Assembly (NCBI GenBank): GCA_050273025.1
Contig: CP158635.1
Coordinates: forward strand, 22,134,001-22,198,000
Direction of reading: 5' to 3'
From: Cenococcum geophilum
Lineage: Eukaryota
DNA: 64,000 bases
A program made the position numbers and the translations under genes. The notes beneath the pieces were generated by a model. The model did not search any database. It saw nothing but the letters and a program-made list of their open reading frames with translations, and was not told the DNA's origin. Below are positions 13,505 through 27,023 of the stretch, piece after piece (the stretch's first letter is position 1; the number at the start of each line of letters is the position of its first letter).

Positions 13505-13763
13505 TTAAGCCCAGCTTAAGTAAGGCGCCTTGGTCACTATAGTAGATCCTTATTTAGCAGTAACTAAGGCGCCTTAATCTTACTACTACTTCTAAATTAA
13601 GCAAAAGCTCTATATAGGGGGGTCCCAGGGGGTCTCCCCCTGGAAAACCTTATCTCTATATATATTAATTAAAGTCTATATAATAAAGCTCTAAAATTAA
13701 TTAGCTTATTACTTATAAACTTAGGTTAAAATTTACGTTAGGGGATTAACGTTCCGCATGTTA
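13505..13763 (+). mobile_element. Terminal ~260 bp of a second copy of the 9468-12220 element family, in opposite orientation
   Basis: Reverse complement of ~9467-9740; ends in TAACGTTCCGCATGTT. Confidence 0.85.
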
Positions 13764-14140
13764 AGATATAGCTCTTTAAAGCGTACCTTTTTACAAACCT
13801 TTATATAATGGCTTAGTTAAGCGTAAGTATTAAGTTAAGCCTTTAGGGCCTAGGACGCTTTATTAAAACAACATTAAACCTTAACAAAAGCCTTAGCTAG
13901 CTTACCCTTTAATCTTTTAGCTACTACTAATATATAAGACCCTATAATAAATTAAATAAGGAACTAAACGGTTATATAGAACTGTGACGGCGCTGGAGCG
14001 CGTCACCTAGTTAGGGGTTCGCTTATTGTTCTTGCCGAAATATCGTAAACTCGCGCCGGAGTAAAGCCGGTCATCGCGCACCACCCAATTTCACATAGAA
14101 ATCGATGCAATTGATTATTTTTGCTTGCACACGCCGTTAT

Positions 14141-17100
14141 AATGGGCCGTCGTCTTCTAATTAAGGTTATAAACCAAATCAAGCTTCGTTTAGATCTTGA
14201 TAAGTACGTACCTAATATAGCGGTCGCTTTAGGGCTGTTAAAAACAACCGTTTATAAGCTTCAATTAAACTGGGACCTTTAGGGCCGACCGTATGCGCTA
14301 CTTAGTGTAAAACTAGGTAGACCGGGCCTTTTTTTAGAGTATTAAAAGCAGGTTAGTATTCTTAGCATAGTATTAAGTTTTTTATTAACGTTCCTGCCCA
14401 CTTATAGTAACTACTTAAGTACCTTAAAGACAGGCTTACTGCGTATCTTAACGAGATGTAAGACTTTCTCTTTAACGAATTCGATATCTAAGCCTCTATT
14501 ACCACTATTCGCCGTGTTCTTAAGGCAGCTTAGTGGTCTTAAAAGGTAGTCTCTAAGCGTGCCGCTTAGTAAAGCGCATTGCTCCATTATACGTGGCAGA
14601 GTAGGTAGAAAGAATAGCTTGCTAACTAGCTTATCTTTCTTAATAAGTTGGCTTTAAATAAGAGGACTAGTGATAGAAAACAAGGCTAGGCGCTAGTTGG
14701 TGTAGACTGTAAGGTATTAACGCTATACAAAAGATCTAAACGGTGGAGCATTTTACCGGCGTTAACGCTTAAAGGCTATATAGACTATATTATCTTTTAA
14801 GGAGCTTTTATAAGTAAGCTTTTTAAGGCTTTTATAGAGTATAAAGTCTTACCTAATTATACGCCGTACCCAGGGCCGCGATTAATTATTATACTAGATA
14901 ACGCATCTATTTATAAGTCGTTATAGTGCTATAATAAAGTAGACTAAATAACTACGTTGTAGTATAAAGAGGGGAAGAAGGTGGAAAGGGTGTATTATAT
15001 ATAAATAGTAGGGCTGGCCGCTAAGTTACTAGTAGTGGGCTAGCCAATAGTAGGAAATAGTATAAGATAGTATAAAACGGTATACGTTAGGTTAGTGCTG
15101 TAACAGTACTCCTCTCCCCTAAATGGTTTAGTCCCTAAACTAAATAGATAATTTAAAAATAGGCAGTATACGGGGTTGCCTATTTTTTACCGCAAAGATA
15201 TTAGTTCCGCTTACCGCCCTTAACCGGGCTAATAGCGATTTTCTATACCGGGTATAGAAAATCCTAATTAGTTAGTTTAGTAAGTAAGGTTGGCAGAACT
15301 CTATACTACTACCTAAATTAATCCGCGTGGCGTTTCTTGGCAAGAATTTAGCTAATTAAATAACTTTAACCGCTAGTCGAAGTTCTATAACATCTTAACC
15401 ACCACAAATTTTAATATAGTGGTCGGCCGTGACCTTGGCGTGACTTTTCTTTATCTTATACCCAGTCTAGGGGTCCTAGCTTTTTAGGGTGTTGCTTATA
15501 GAAGCGCTATATAGCTTATTTATAACCCTTTAGGTCTTCCTCTAGCTGCTAGGTTATATCCTTATAATATTTCTATTTAATCTTATAAGTTAGGCCCTAG
15601 GGGTCTTCGTTATATATATTAAGGATTTTCTTAAACTCCTATTTGTCTTCTATATTGCCGTTATTATTTCTCTCTACTACTTGTCCTTATATATTACGGC
15701 GCTCTATAGTATTAATATTTGCTTAGCTAGGGATCTGTTTAATAGCCTAGAGGCGGACCTTAGATATATAAAAGAATTTATTTACTTGGATATGGTCTAG
15801 GAGGTTTATTATAACTGCCCCTTAGTATACTGCGAGTATAGGGTATAGGCCGTCCTATTTATTGTCCTATTTCTTCTTAGGTCTATTTATCTTTATATTT
15901 TCTAAGCTAACTATAACTATATTGCCTTCGTAGAATAACACGCTCTTATCCCTACGGGTATTAGTATTATCTTTATAGCGTTACTATAAAATCTAGGCTA
16001 GGGCCTTAAGCTGTATTAATATCAGCTTAAAGCGGTTAGCCATAGAGTCTACGCGGAAGAACTCCTTCTTTGCTTGTGCTAATAGTGTTAATAGGCGGGG
16101 GCTAGTAGGCTTAATTCTAAGGTAAGGGTTAAAGCCATAGTTTGCAAAAAACGGGGAGATGCCTATGCTCTTATTAACTTGGTTATTTGTAGCAAACTTA
16201 GTAAGTAGTAGGTAGTTAACCTAGTTGTTCTATATAAAGCTAACAAAAGCATAAAGGTATTTATTTATGGTAGCGTTAATAATTTTAGTTTAGCCGTCCG
16301 TTTTTAGGTGCTAGGCTAAGCTTGGTTATAAGGTTGTCTTAAGGCATTTACTTAGTTGTCGCTAGAAGTCGCTAATAAATTATATACTACGATTAGAGAT
16401 AATCGTGCTTAGTGCACTATGGAGCTTATATATATTGTTAATAAAGCTATTAACTAGCTTCTCTATTAAGAGTCCTATTACTAAAATAAGGTATTATATT
16501 TTAGTTAGGCAGTTTATAATAATAAGGATATATTTATATACCTTACTATAGCGTTAGTATACTAGCAGCGTTGTAATATAGTTGATTAAGATATCGGTTT
16601 ATAGGTAGGCGGGTAATTTTAGTAGCTTTAGGAAACCAGGCGGGGTAGAATAGGGGGTTTTAGTGCGAAAGTATAGGGCACAGTCTTTAACGAAGGTAGC
16701 CGTAAACTGGGAGATTCCTAGCTACCAGTATATTTGGTTTAAGAGGTTAAAAGTCTTAACCTAGCTAGGGTAACTAGCGGGGCCGCTACTATAAGAGTAA
16801 TGGGTAACTTCTAGGCGGAGGTCTAGGGCGTTAGGGATAAAGAGACGTTGGTGGAAGTAGATCTGTTTGTTAATAATACTATATTTTAACTTATTATAAT
16901 AAAGTAATTTCCTAATCTTCTTTAGCTAATGGCGAGCTTTCCGATTATATAGGGCTGCCACTATATCTCTTATAAGTTCGTTCTCCTAGTATCCTAGCTA
17001 GATTAACTTATTTAGTAACTTTTTAGCTATTTTAGGGTTTAGAGCGGCTATAAATTCCGTATTATTAGAATTATGGGACTTATATAGTAATTCTTTTAAG

Positions 17101-20100
17101 ATTATAGGGTTAACTTTCTGGGGCGGTATAATAACTTAGGCTTAGTAGCGGAGGCGTTTATTATTAGCGTCCTTAGGCCTTATTTTTAGTAGTTGGCTTA
17201 GGGCGTTAGGGAGCGTGGCTTTACTGCTAGGTCTATATATAATTATAAAGTTAAACTATAAAAGAAACTTTACCCACTAGACTTAGCGTTAATTTAGTTA
17301 CTTAGTAGTTATAAACGTCTATAGGTTTTTATGGTTAGTAATAATTTTAAACGGCTTTTTAGTCCCTTATAGCTTAGGACACTATTTCTCTAAAGCCTTA
17401 ATAATAGCTAAGAGTTCTTTGTTGTAGATCTTATAGTTATACTCTAGCGTAAAGTGCTTTACAGAGGAGAATGCGACCAGTTTTAATTTTCCGTTATTGT
17501 TATACTGGGAAAGGACTCCGCTAAAAGCCTAATTTAATACGTCTGTTTCTACCACTGTTTTCTTTATATAGTTATAGTATGCTAGTACTAGTGCTAAAGT
17601 AAAGGCTCCTTTAAGGGCTTTGAACGATTTGGCTTGTTCTAGTCCCTATAGCTATTTAATATCCTTCTTTAGGAGTTTTATTATAGGTATAGTAATAGTA
17701 GAGTAGCCTTAGATAAATTGTTAGTAGAAGTTCGCGAAGCTAAGAAATTGTTATAGTTCTTTAATTAATGTCGGGTTCTTCTATTCCTATAAGGCCTATA
17801 CCTTCTTAGGGTTTATAGTTATGCCATTAATTAAGATAATTAAGCTAAGGTATTTTATTTTAGTGGAGTAGAACTTAGACTTATTAATATTAATTTAAAG
17901 TCTAGTATTACCGAGTCTTTAGATAACTTTATTTATATACTTAGTGTGCTTAGCGCGTGTTTTAGAAAAGACAAGGACGTTATTAAGGTAGGCAGTGCAG
18001 TAGTTATTAAGGGTGTTGTGTAGAATATAGTTAATATAGTTTTAGAACGTAGCGGGTGCGTTATAGAGGCTAAATAGTATAACTAGTATCTTATAGAGTC
18101 TAAACTAGGTAATAAATACTATAAGCTACTTATAGCCATTTATAATCCAGATCCGGTTAAATATAGTAATTATATTAAGTTTAGTAAAGTACTTAGTACT
18201 ATAAAGTGCGTTAAGTGTTTTATAGATTAGTAGCAGTGGGTACTAATTCTTAATAGTAACTGTGTTTAGGCCTTAGTAGTTATAGTAGATTTATATACTA
18301 CTGCCGGGCTTAGTAGCAAGGAGGAGTAGTACGGTAGCTAGTAAGGTTAATTCGCGGATAAAACCCTTATCTAGCATCTTATTAATCTACTTCTTTATAT
18401 ACCTAAGTTTAGTAGGTAAGAGTGGTCTATTTTTATAGTATAGGGCCTAGTTTCTAGGGATAATCTTAATTTTATAGTTCTATAGTTGGTAAAGGGGCAG
18501 CTTATCTGCGTTTTTAGGGAGGAAGTGTTTAATATATTTATAAAACTCCTTTAATAGGCGTTGTAGAATGTCTTCGCGGGTTAATCCTGGTTTGCTTTTT
18601 AGGAATTTTTTAATATTAGTATTAACTATCTTCTAACGTAGAAGCTTGGGTTTAGTTTTTAGATTTATCTTAAGGAAGTTATAGAAATAGGGGGGGAGCA
18701 CTTTATAGGCTTCCTTTATATATAGTCGCCTTCTACTAGCTAGCGGAAAGACCTTTCTAATAGGTTTAGTACTTCTATTAGGCCTATAGGCAGCTCTTTA
18801 AGTAGCTGTTGGTGCTTATCTTATTTAACTAGTTCTACTAGCTCCGCTATATAGATCCTTATTACCTTTATATCTTTTTATTTATAGAACTGGGTAAAAT
18901 TAATAGTATAAGTGCATTTAATATTGTCTAGGTTAGGGCGTGTCTGATTCTCTAGTGCTATAGCTAGGCTAGCTTAGCTTAGTCGGCCTAGGGGGGCGGA
19001 AATAAGGTAGTAGCCCTATATGGTACGTGCGGGAGACGGGTATAAGGTTAGGTATTATAGTGGCGCGGTTTTTATTATCCGGGTCTTAGTAGTTCTATAG
19101 CCAGTTCTTACTATAACGCGAGCTATAGTGTGCGTATATGGCATATGGCTTAGTTCTAGGTGTTAGGCTAGGCGGCTGGGGTTTAAATAGTACCTAGGTT
19201 GGGGTTAAATTCTTAGTAGTGGCGGCGTAAAGCGGACCTTCTTTTTAGGTCTTGGTAGGGCTGGCTAGCCCGTTGTTTTGGTCTTAAGTGCTAAGGTAGT
19301 TTAGTCTTTTACTGTTTTATTTCTTTATAGCTATACGGGCTCCCCTTTATTAGGAACGTCTTCTACTATTAGGGCTTTATATATAGTCTTAGGCACTAGG
19401 CTTAGTAGTACTAAGTATCCATATAGGGCGTCCCTACTACCGTTAGTTATCCCCTATAGGAGGTAGTGCCTAAAGTAGTAGTTTAAGTTAAAGCGGATTT
19501 TAAGTTTCCTAAAGCTAGGACGGGGCTTATACTTCTAAAGCTAAGGTATACCTAGGATAATTAGGGTAGTAGGCGAGAGTTTGGTAATAAAAAAGAGTAT
19601 AGCTTTAGTATAGAGGCTAATTAATATTTGGGCGGTGAAGTAGTCTATAATAAGCGAAGTTGGGATACTATCTGTAAGGCGCAGTAGCCTAGGTGCTAGC
19701 AGCTTCTTAGTTATAACGTTATACTTTCTTATAATAGACTCTGCGTTAGCAAATACTATTATAGTACTACTAGAGTCTATTAGGCTTACTATATTAATAT
19801 AGACTTAGGGGTATAGGTTACGTAATAAGGAGAGTTGGGTTTAAATAAGGATTAATTTCTTATTACTGTTTACTAATCTAAGATTAAGTAGTAGCTTACT
19901 AATAGAAAGGACTGATTAATCTAGTAATAGGGACCTAATCTTCTCGTCTTCCTCCTTATATGGTTTAGACCCTTAGATATAACTTAGTTTAAGGGTTTGC
20001 CTTTTAACGACTAGGGTATAAGGCTGTCTTAGTGGGGCGGTCTAGTGTCTATCTAGCTGGCGGTGTTAGTTTTAGTCTTGGTTGGGGTATAGGAAGATAA

Positions 20101-22080
20101 TACCTCGCTAACAACGTGGCTGTGTTTATATTCGCTAGCATAGAGTTGCTAATACTAGGCGTTGTTAACGGGTTGGGCTCCTATATAGGGTATAGTTTAA
20201 AGTAACTAAGCCGTCGGGTTAAAGGGGGGGGGGTTATCTACCGCGGCCATAATAGGCTTTATAGTTACCGCGTCTATAATAGACTTTACAGTCGCTACGT
20301 CCGCGGTTATTAGTTTATATTATTTAATGGGGTAGTATTAGAACTGGGTTTACTATTTTAGTAGGGTTATAGGCGTCCTTTTAGTGGCCGGGTAGGCTAT
20401 AGGTAAGGTATAGTCTATTATTAACGTGGCGCTTACGCTCCGTATCTAAGATTCTATTAAGGTCTATAGGTTCTCTAGTTACTACTAGGGTTAGGGTTGA
20501 CATAGGGGCAGAGGCTTAGGTAGGTAGGCGGTAGTTAGCGTTCTTCTTAAGGTTAGCTTAGTATATATAGTTTATAAGGTTCTTAGCGAATATATTTATC
20601 TGCTTACTCTAACCTATATAGTCGCTGTTGTTAATTTTATAAGTAAGTCTAAGTACCAGCTCTTCTATCTTTAGAGAGATAAACTTTTAGAGTAGGTTTA
20701 TCTTCTGTTTATCTGTCTTCTTAGCGCGGACTATTAGCTTATTAAGCTCTCCCTTCTAAGACTAGTAATTATACTCGCCCTAGGGGAAATAGTTAAGCTT
20801 ATTCTTTGTGACCTGGGTTATATTAAGGACCTTATAGTAGGCAGTAAGGTCTTTAAGCATATCTTCCTTAGTAGGCCATTTCTACGCAGATATATTGTTT
20901 AGGTTTTTATGTATAAGCTCTAGGCCCTACTTAATAAACTTATAGGCCTTATCCTCTAGTATGTCTAAGATATAAAGGATCTAGGACTAAATTGTGTTAA
21001 AGTAATCCTAGTCCTAGTTAAAGACTCCCTTAATCTTAATATGCCAGGTTTTAAAATTAGCTTATTGTTCTAGCGGGGTGCCTTTTCCGCTAAATATTAG
21101 CGGGTCTTTAGATCTCCGTTTTTTCTACTAGGTTACTACCATTATTATAGGGGTTAATTATTTTAAAACGGCGATAGTCTCTGCCTAGGAGTTAATAGTT
21201 CCTATTTAAGAAGCGATAAGGGTACTAAGGTTTTTATTAGCTTTCTTGTTGGCGGTGTTTGTGTTATATATACACTATAGTCCTACTTTAATATTATTAA
21301 GGAACTCGTTAGTATAGTTAATAAGGGTAAGGTAAGCTTTACTAGGCTTAAAGGTCTTAGGGTATAGTAGGGAGCAGCGGATTATTTATATAATATTAGG
21401 GTATGTCTCTGTAAAGAGGTCTGCGAAAACGTTACGGGGGTTCTAGGTTTTGGCCATTTTGGCGTTGTTAGTGTTGCCTATTTAGGCGCTAGGTAAAAAC
21501 TAAGGATCATTTTAGGACTATACTGGGGACGTATCAGTTTCAGCAGAGGCGTGTGTAGGTCGCGATTACTCTAGGGTAGAGGTTAATTAGCTAGGGTATA
21601 AGGAATTAGTGATCGCGATGGGGCGCAAATTAAAGATACTACAAACTGTTATAATGCTATAATGAAGTAGACTAAATAACTACGTTATGGTATAAAGAGG
21701 GGAAGAAGGTAGAAAGGGGGTATTGTATATAAATAGTAGGGCTGGCCGCTAAGTCACTAGTAGTGGGCTAGCTAACAGTAGGAAACAGTACGAGACAGTA
21801 TAAAATGGTATGTGTTAGGTTAGTGCCGTAATATAAGTTAAAGCGGCTTTAAGAGCTTTACAACCAGGTAGATATTATTCTTAAATTCCTACCACTATAT
21901 TTGCCAGATTTTAATCTAATTAAGGCAACTTTTAAAGATCTAAAGGCTTGGATAAAAAAAACTATATACTAGCGGTTAACTTTAAGAGCTTTAATAGATT
22001 TCTAGAGTTTATAATTAGTTAAGCTTGCGGAGTTTACGCAGAAGGCTATTTTAAAAAGGCTGGCTATATAGTAGAATAAG
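14141..22080 (+). pseudogene. Tc1/IS630-family DDE transposase, RIP-degraded and interrupted by a Gypsy element
   Basis: De-RIP motifs IFLDES (~14633-14650), WSILPALTLEG, PYPGPRSIIILDNASIHKS (up to 14918), resuming after the insertion with LEFLPPYSPDFNPIE (~21880-21925). Probable intron ~14352-14408. Confidence 0.9.
14919..21833 (-). mobile_element. Full-length Ty3/Gypsy LTR retrotransposon, RIP-inactivated
   Basis: 187-bp LTRs at 14919-15105 and 21647-21833; TSD TAAGT (14914-14918, 21834-21838); minus-strand PPT AGGGGAGAGGAGTAC next to 15105; RT CTAYLDDVLVFS ~17965-18000; order gag-PR-RT-RH-INT. Confidence 0.95.
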
Positions 22081-22089
22081 GCTCTTTAT

Positions 22090-23606
22090 AGAGACTCTCT
22101 ATAATCTACTCTCTACTTATAGTATACTACTCTCTGCCGTTTAAACTCTCCTATTTTCTCTCTTATCTACAGTAGCGTACTAATTAGAAAGCTATAATCC
22201 TTTCAGATCTTAATCGTTATATCTTTTAGAGATCTTATTCTATTAATATCCTAATTATCCTCTACTAACGTATACCTAATTAACTCTAGAATCTGCCTTT
22301 AACGCTTATTAGAATGGCTTAGCTAAGCTATTAGCCAGTTAAAGAACTATAAGAGGATCTTATAATAATCCGTTTCTAACTATACTAGGCTTAACTAAGT
22401 AGGCGGCTTAACACTAGAGGAAGGTGGGGGTTAAGTATACTGTTGCTAATCTAGACGCCTTATTAAGTTTAACTCCCGAACGGTAATTAGCTAAATAAGG
22501 TCCTTAACTTACTTAAATAGTAAGCCTCCTACTACTATTAGTTTTTAACTCTTTAGTAGCTACCGTCTTATCTTCTAAGCTAACAGCTAATAAACTATAT
22601 TTTGCGATGGTTCCTTAACCATTAATATATCTAATTAGATCTCCTTACTCTACCTCTAAAGGATATAAGCATTAATAGGATAGTAGTGCTTAACTTAATT
22701 AGCTTTATTCCCACGTCTATTTTACTAGTAGGTAGCTCCTTTATTGGAACAGTAGCTATTAATATAAGGCCACCTACTTACTAGAGCCGGAATCCTATTA
22801 CTAGTAGCTTCCTCTGCGGTAATAATATTAGGGAGATTAGCTTCTTAGATTTGGGTGGCAGTTTTTTTACTAGATCTTACTGCTTAGCTAGAGGAAGGTA
22901 TTAATAACGGTGCTAGTATCTTTTAGGGCTTCTCCTTAATTATATATAAGGTAAGATCTAAGTATAATAACTTAGTAGGATTCTACTTATAAAGATTCTT
23001 AAGCAGCTTAGTTACCTTATATAGATTATAACGATTACTAATCTTATAGCGGAAGTAATTAGTCTTTAATTACTTCTTATAGGAGGCAGCGGCTTTAAGG
23101 CGATTAATGGTAAAGATCCGCGGTAGGCACTTAGCAATAATACTGTCTTGCTAGCGCTCAATTAGGTAGTAGAAGAGGTTAGTGGTGTTATATTTTAAAG
23201 ATACCGCACCGGGTAAGGCCTCTTTCCTATATACTGCCTTCTACCGACTTATAAAGCTAATAGGAAGCTCCTCCGGCTCCTCCTCTGGCTCCTCCTCCGG
23301 CTGCTTCTCTGGCTTCTCTGGCTGCTCCTCTGGCTCCTCTTCCTCCTCCTCTTCCTCCTCCTCCTCCTCCTCCTCATCTAGCTGCTCTGGCCGCGGTGGC
23401 GAAGACTCTACAAATATTTGTGACGGTAGTTGCTGCGGTGGTTCCGTACGACGCCTTGCTTAACGATTCGAAGCCTTCTTTAAAATGAGCTTTAAACGAC
23501 GCTTTAGAGTCCTTTTAGAAGCCTGCGTCAGCGAGGTAGTAGACAATGCACGCTTGCGATTTTGGCCCTTATTGGCGCGACCAAATACACGTGTAGGCGG
23601 CTCCAT
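22090..23606 (-). pseudogene. Second, convergent gene of unknown function inside the Tc1 element (basic N-terminus, poly-Glu tract, Cys/His motif)
   Basis: ATG at 23606 reads MEPPTRVFGRANKGQNRKRALS..., then a poly-E tract (~23270-23380); de-RIP WPCVNSHCSNKGATCW...HHYPI at ~22670-22780. Confidence 0.7.
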
Positions 23607-25189
23607 GGTCAACACCAGCAATTCTATACAATTGGCTTAATGCAGCTAGACCAAAGTATGATTTTACGCCGTAATTGTTGGGGGTGGAAGGTGTGGGCAA
23701 GCAAAAATAATCAATGGCATCGATTTCTATGTGAAATTGGGTGGTGCGCGATGACCGGCTTTACTCCGGCGCGAGTTCACGATATTTCGGCAAGAATAAT
23801 AGGACTTGGCATATGTATATAGACGTCGCCTCACCACCTTCTCTTGCTCCTTAGCTTAATATCTTCGTAATACAGCATTCGTTCGCTTGATCTTGCAAGC
23901 ATTCGTTTAAGTCTCTGTTAAGACATTTGTTCGATAGTTCGAGACGTTACAAGAACTATAAAATATATATACTTAGCGTTAGAAACGGATTAAATATTAT
24001 AGAATAATTGCATATTTGCTCGCGTATACTTAGTATAAAAAGAAGGTTAGTAACTAAACGGCGCCGCGATTATAATATATATTAGCTTTTCCTCTATATA
24101 ATAAGAATAAAACGGCATAACTTTACTAAGTGAAAAAATTAACATTATTAGATAATTATAATAGTTAGACGTAGAAGATTTAATAAGAGGTATTAGAAAT
24201 AATAAAGGTTATTAAATTAAAGATGGGAATGCTATACTTCTAGTAGATAACCTAGAGATAGGAGATATTTTTAAGGACAAAGATAAAGAGGAGGGGGATA
24301 GTATTACAGACCTTATATTAGCAGTAGTATAACTACTAAAGAGGGATATAAATAGGTTAGTTAAGATAATATAGGAGGCGCTAAAACCGATTAAGCTATA
24401 AAATAAGGGGTAACTAAGTTATATAGCTAGTTATATTATAAGTTTAGAACGTAGGAATATAGGAATATAAGAACGTAATATACTAACGTACTTAGTACAT
24501 TTCTTAGGCATAGTATTATATATTTAAAGGACCACAGTCCCTGCCTAAATAGTTCTATTCTTTATAGTAAATCTTAGAATATAATTAGAGTTAATTTATT
24601 AGGCAACCTACTCTACTAATTATATTTATTATTTAACTATTCCTTAACCTATCTACCTAACCTATTAATAAGTCTATCGTGGCATTTCCTACAAGGCTTT
24701 ATTATAGTAAAGAATTAGTAACAAGCCGTATTATAGAGTACCTTTCCACTAAGAACTTTCCCTAATAGTTTTAGTTAGAACTCTATAAAAGTTTATTAAA
24801 AGGTAAAGTTCTAGAGAACTAAAATCTTTAAAGGAGAGGTAATTATAATAGGCGCTCCTAAAAGGTATATATTAAATAAAACATCTAAAGGTTCTACTAA
24901 TATCTTACTAATATCCTAGAGAAGATATGGTTATATAAATAAGGGGTAAAAGGTTTTACTAGTGTTTTAAAAGGGTTATAAAAGGGAGTTAGTTCTCCTC
25001 TAGAGAAGAAATAGCAATTAGTCTCTAAATAAAAGAGGTTAAAAAGTATTTATCCTTTAATATATATAACTTATTCTACCTTTAACTCGCCTTCTACTTC
25101 CTTGTAATTCTTATTCTATTAGTTAAATAATTATACATTCTAGTTAGGCTGGCCTCTTATAGATTTACTATAAAGAAAGAACTATCTAG

Positions 25190-25448
25190 GTAAGGACTAT
25201 AGTCCTTTAAATATATAATACTGCGCCTAAGAAATATACTAAGTACGTTGGTATATTAGTATGTTAGTATATTACATTTTCTTATTTCTACGTTTCTACG
25301 TTCTAAACTTATAACGTAACTAGCTATATAACTTAGCTACCCCTTATCCTATAGCTTAATTAGTTTTAGCGCCTTCTATACTATTTTAAATAACCTATTT
25401 ATATCTCTTTTTAGTAGTCGTATTACTACTAATATAAGGTCTATAATA
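25190..25448 (-). repeat. Truncated inverted copy of the 24302-24706 LTR
   Basis: The reverse complement matches 24302-24540 and ends GGTCTATAATA. Confidence 0.85.
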
Positions 25449-27023
25449 GCTAGCTACTCGCTAGCGTAGGTATAAATAATATTACCTAGATACTCTTTAT
25501 AAGCCAGGGCCTATAAGTAGTAGTAAAATAGCTTATAGGCTAAGAAATCCTCTAGTAGTTTTAAACAGCATACAAGATCTAATGGGAGGACATTAAAGAA
25601 CACGCCCTATTTCAGCCCCTTAATAACTAAATACCCCCCGCCTAACTATAGGCGGTATACTAACAAATCGCTAAACTATCCTACTACTTTTCCCCTAGAT
25701 CTTTTAATATGCTTAGGAAGTATAGTATATAAGGTAGACTAAAAGATATAAAGATATACTAACTAGGTAAAGGCGGAGCTATAAAACTAGCTAAAAGGGA
25801 ATACTTAAGTTTTCCCCCTTATAGGGCCTTTTCCTATATAGAAAGGTAGTAGCCTATATAGACCTAAAAAGGGACTAAATTAGGCAATAAATAGAATCAA
25901 TAATAATATATAGTATTATACTCTTTTAGCTAGCGTGGCGCTAGTATATAGCTCTAAGGTTTAGCTAATATAGTAAAAAGCTAGTATATAGCTCTAGGGT
26001 TTAGCTAATATAGCGGAAAGCTAGCCCTAGGCCCCAAAAATACTTTTAGCAAAACTGTAAGGCATATTGCTAGGGTATATGGTAGGGAGTAGGTAAGCCG
26101 AGCATGAGTTACAAAGAGAGTTGATAGAAGAGGACAATATGGTAATAAGGGTAGGCAATAGCCTAAGTATAGAGAGACGAACCGATGGGGGAGGAAGGAG
26201 GCTGCAAGCCCAAGGAGCTTATAAGGGGTGGCCAAGGCCTAGCCGAAGGCTAGCCTTGGCAGCCCCTAAGAGCTCCTAGGATATAGCCGAGTAAGGGACT
26301 AAAAGTATCCTTACAAAAACTAAATTTCCTATACTACTCTCTATTTTCCTAATATAGTATACCTATACTACATTAACGGGAGGAAAAATACCCTTAGGTC
26401 GCTGCTCTAAGACTTTTATAAGGGAGTGTTCTAATCGCCTATCTACTGCTTATACTATACTTCTACTTAAATTAAATTACTATAAAGTTAATCTTGCTTG
26501 CCTACCCCAGCTCCCTAATTGCCCTATATATATTTTATATCCATTCTATTATACTATATATAATACTATATATATAGCCTCTAGGCTATAGCACTATAGT
26601 TTATATATATAAATCCTTTCTAGGCAGCTTAATATATGCTAGTAGCTATATCCTAGTAGTTTATAAACCCCTAAACTAGGAGTTTATAGTTCCTTAATAA
26701 AATGCTAAGTTACTATAACTACTAGGGAATAAGAAAACGGTAGGAAAAACTATAAGAAATCCTAACACCTATCCCTATTCTTTTATAATTAATTTTTATC
26801 CTTTTACTCTCTAATATATTTTTAAAAGCCTAGTAGGAGTTGCATCCTTCCTATATATATACGCCTATAGCCCTTTTACTTACAGTATAATTTCTACCCT
26901 AGAGAAGCCAGCGGGACGAATATAAGAACTAGGTATCTTGTCTTAGGGCCCTAATTTAGGTCCCTTATATATATCTATAGCTAAAGATATAGAGAAAGGC
27001 AAAATACTATATGGGCAAGTCTA

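Larger units (their letters stand above)
14026..23799 (+). mobile_element. IS630/Tc1/mariner DNA transposon (~2.85 kb net) with ~85-bp TIRs and a TA TSD
   Basis: TIR TTGTTCTTGCCGAAATATCGT(A/G)AACTCGCGCCGGAGTAAAGCCGG... at 14026-14108, mirrored at ~23717-23799; TA at 14024-14025 and 23800-23801. Confidence 0.95.
13983..23951 (+). mobile_element. Solo LTR (193 bp net: 13983-14025 plus 23802-23951) split by a Tc1-like insertion
   Basis: TGTGACGG...CGTTACA; TSD AGAAC at 13978-13982 and 23952-23956; the rejoined halves match the uninterrupted copy at 59863-60055. Confidence 0.95.
13764..24706 (+). mobile_element. 3' remnant of a Gypsy element related to element C (3' region plus LTR at 24302-24706), split by the solo LTR/Tc1 nest
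   Basis: 13764-13982 and 23957-24300 resemble 49860-50300. PPT AAAGATAAAGAGGAGGGGGATAG precedes the LTR TATTACAG...TTATTATA, which shares blocks (e.g. TAGAGTTAAT..ATTAGGCAACC) with the 42850 and 50304 LTRs. Confidence 0.8.

Noticed and set aside
23182..23463. Ser/Gly-rich plus-strand ORF
   Set aside because: It is the antisense shadow of the poly-Glu tract in the minus-strand Tc1 accessory gene.
22090..23606. Possible Fanzor/TnpB nuclease in the Tc1 element
   Set aside because: No recognisable RuvC D-E-D motifs or C-terminal CxxC...CxxC zinc ribbon in my de-RIP reading; an HMM search would be needed to exclude it fully.
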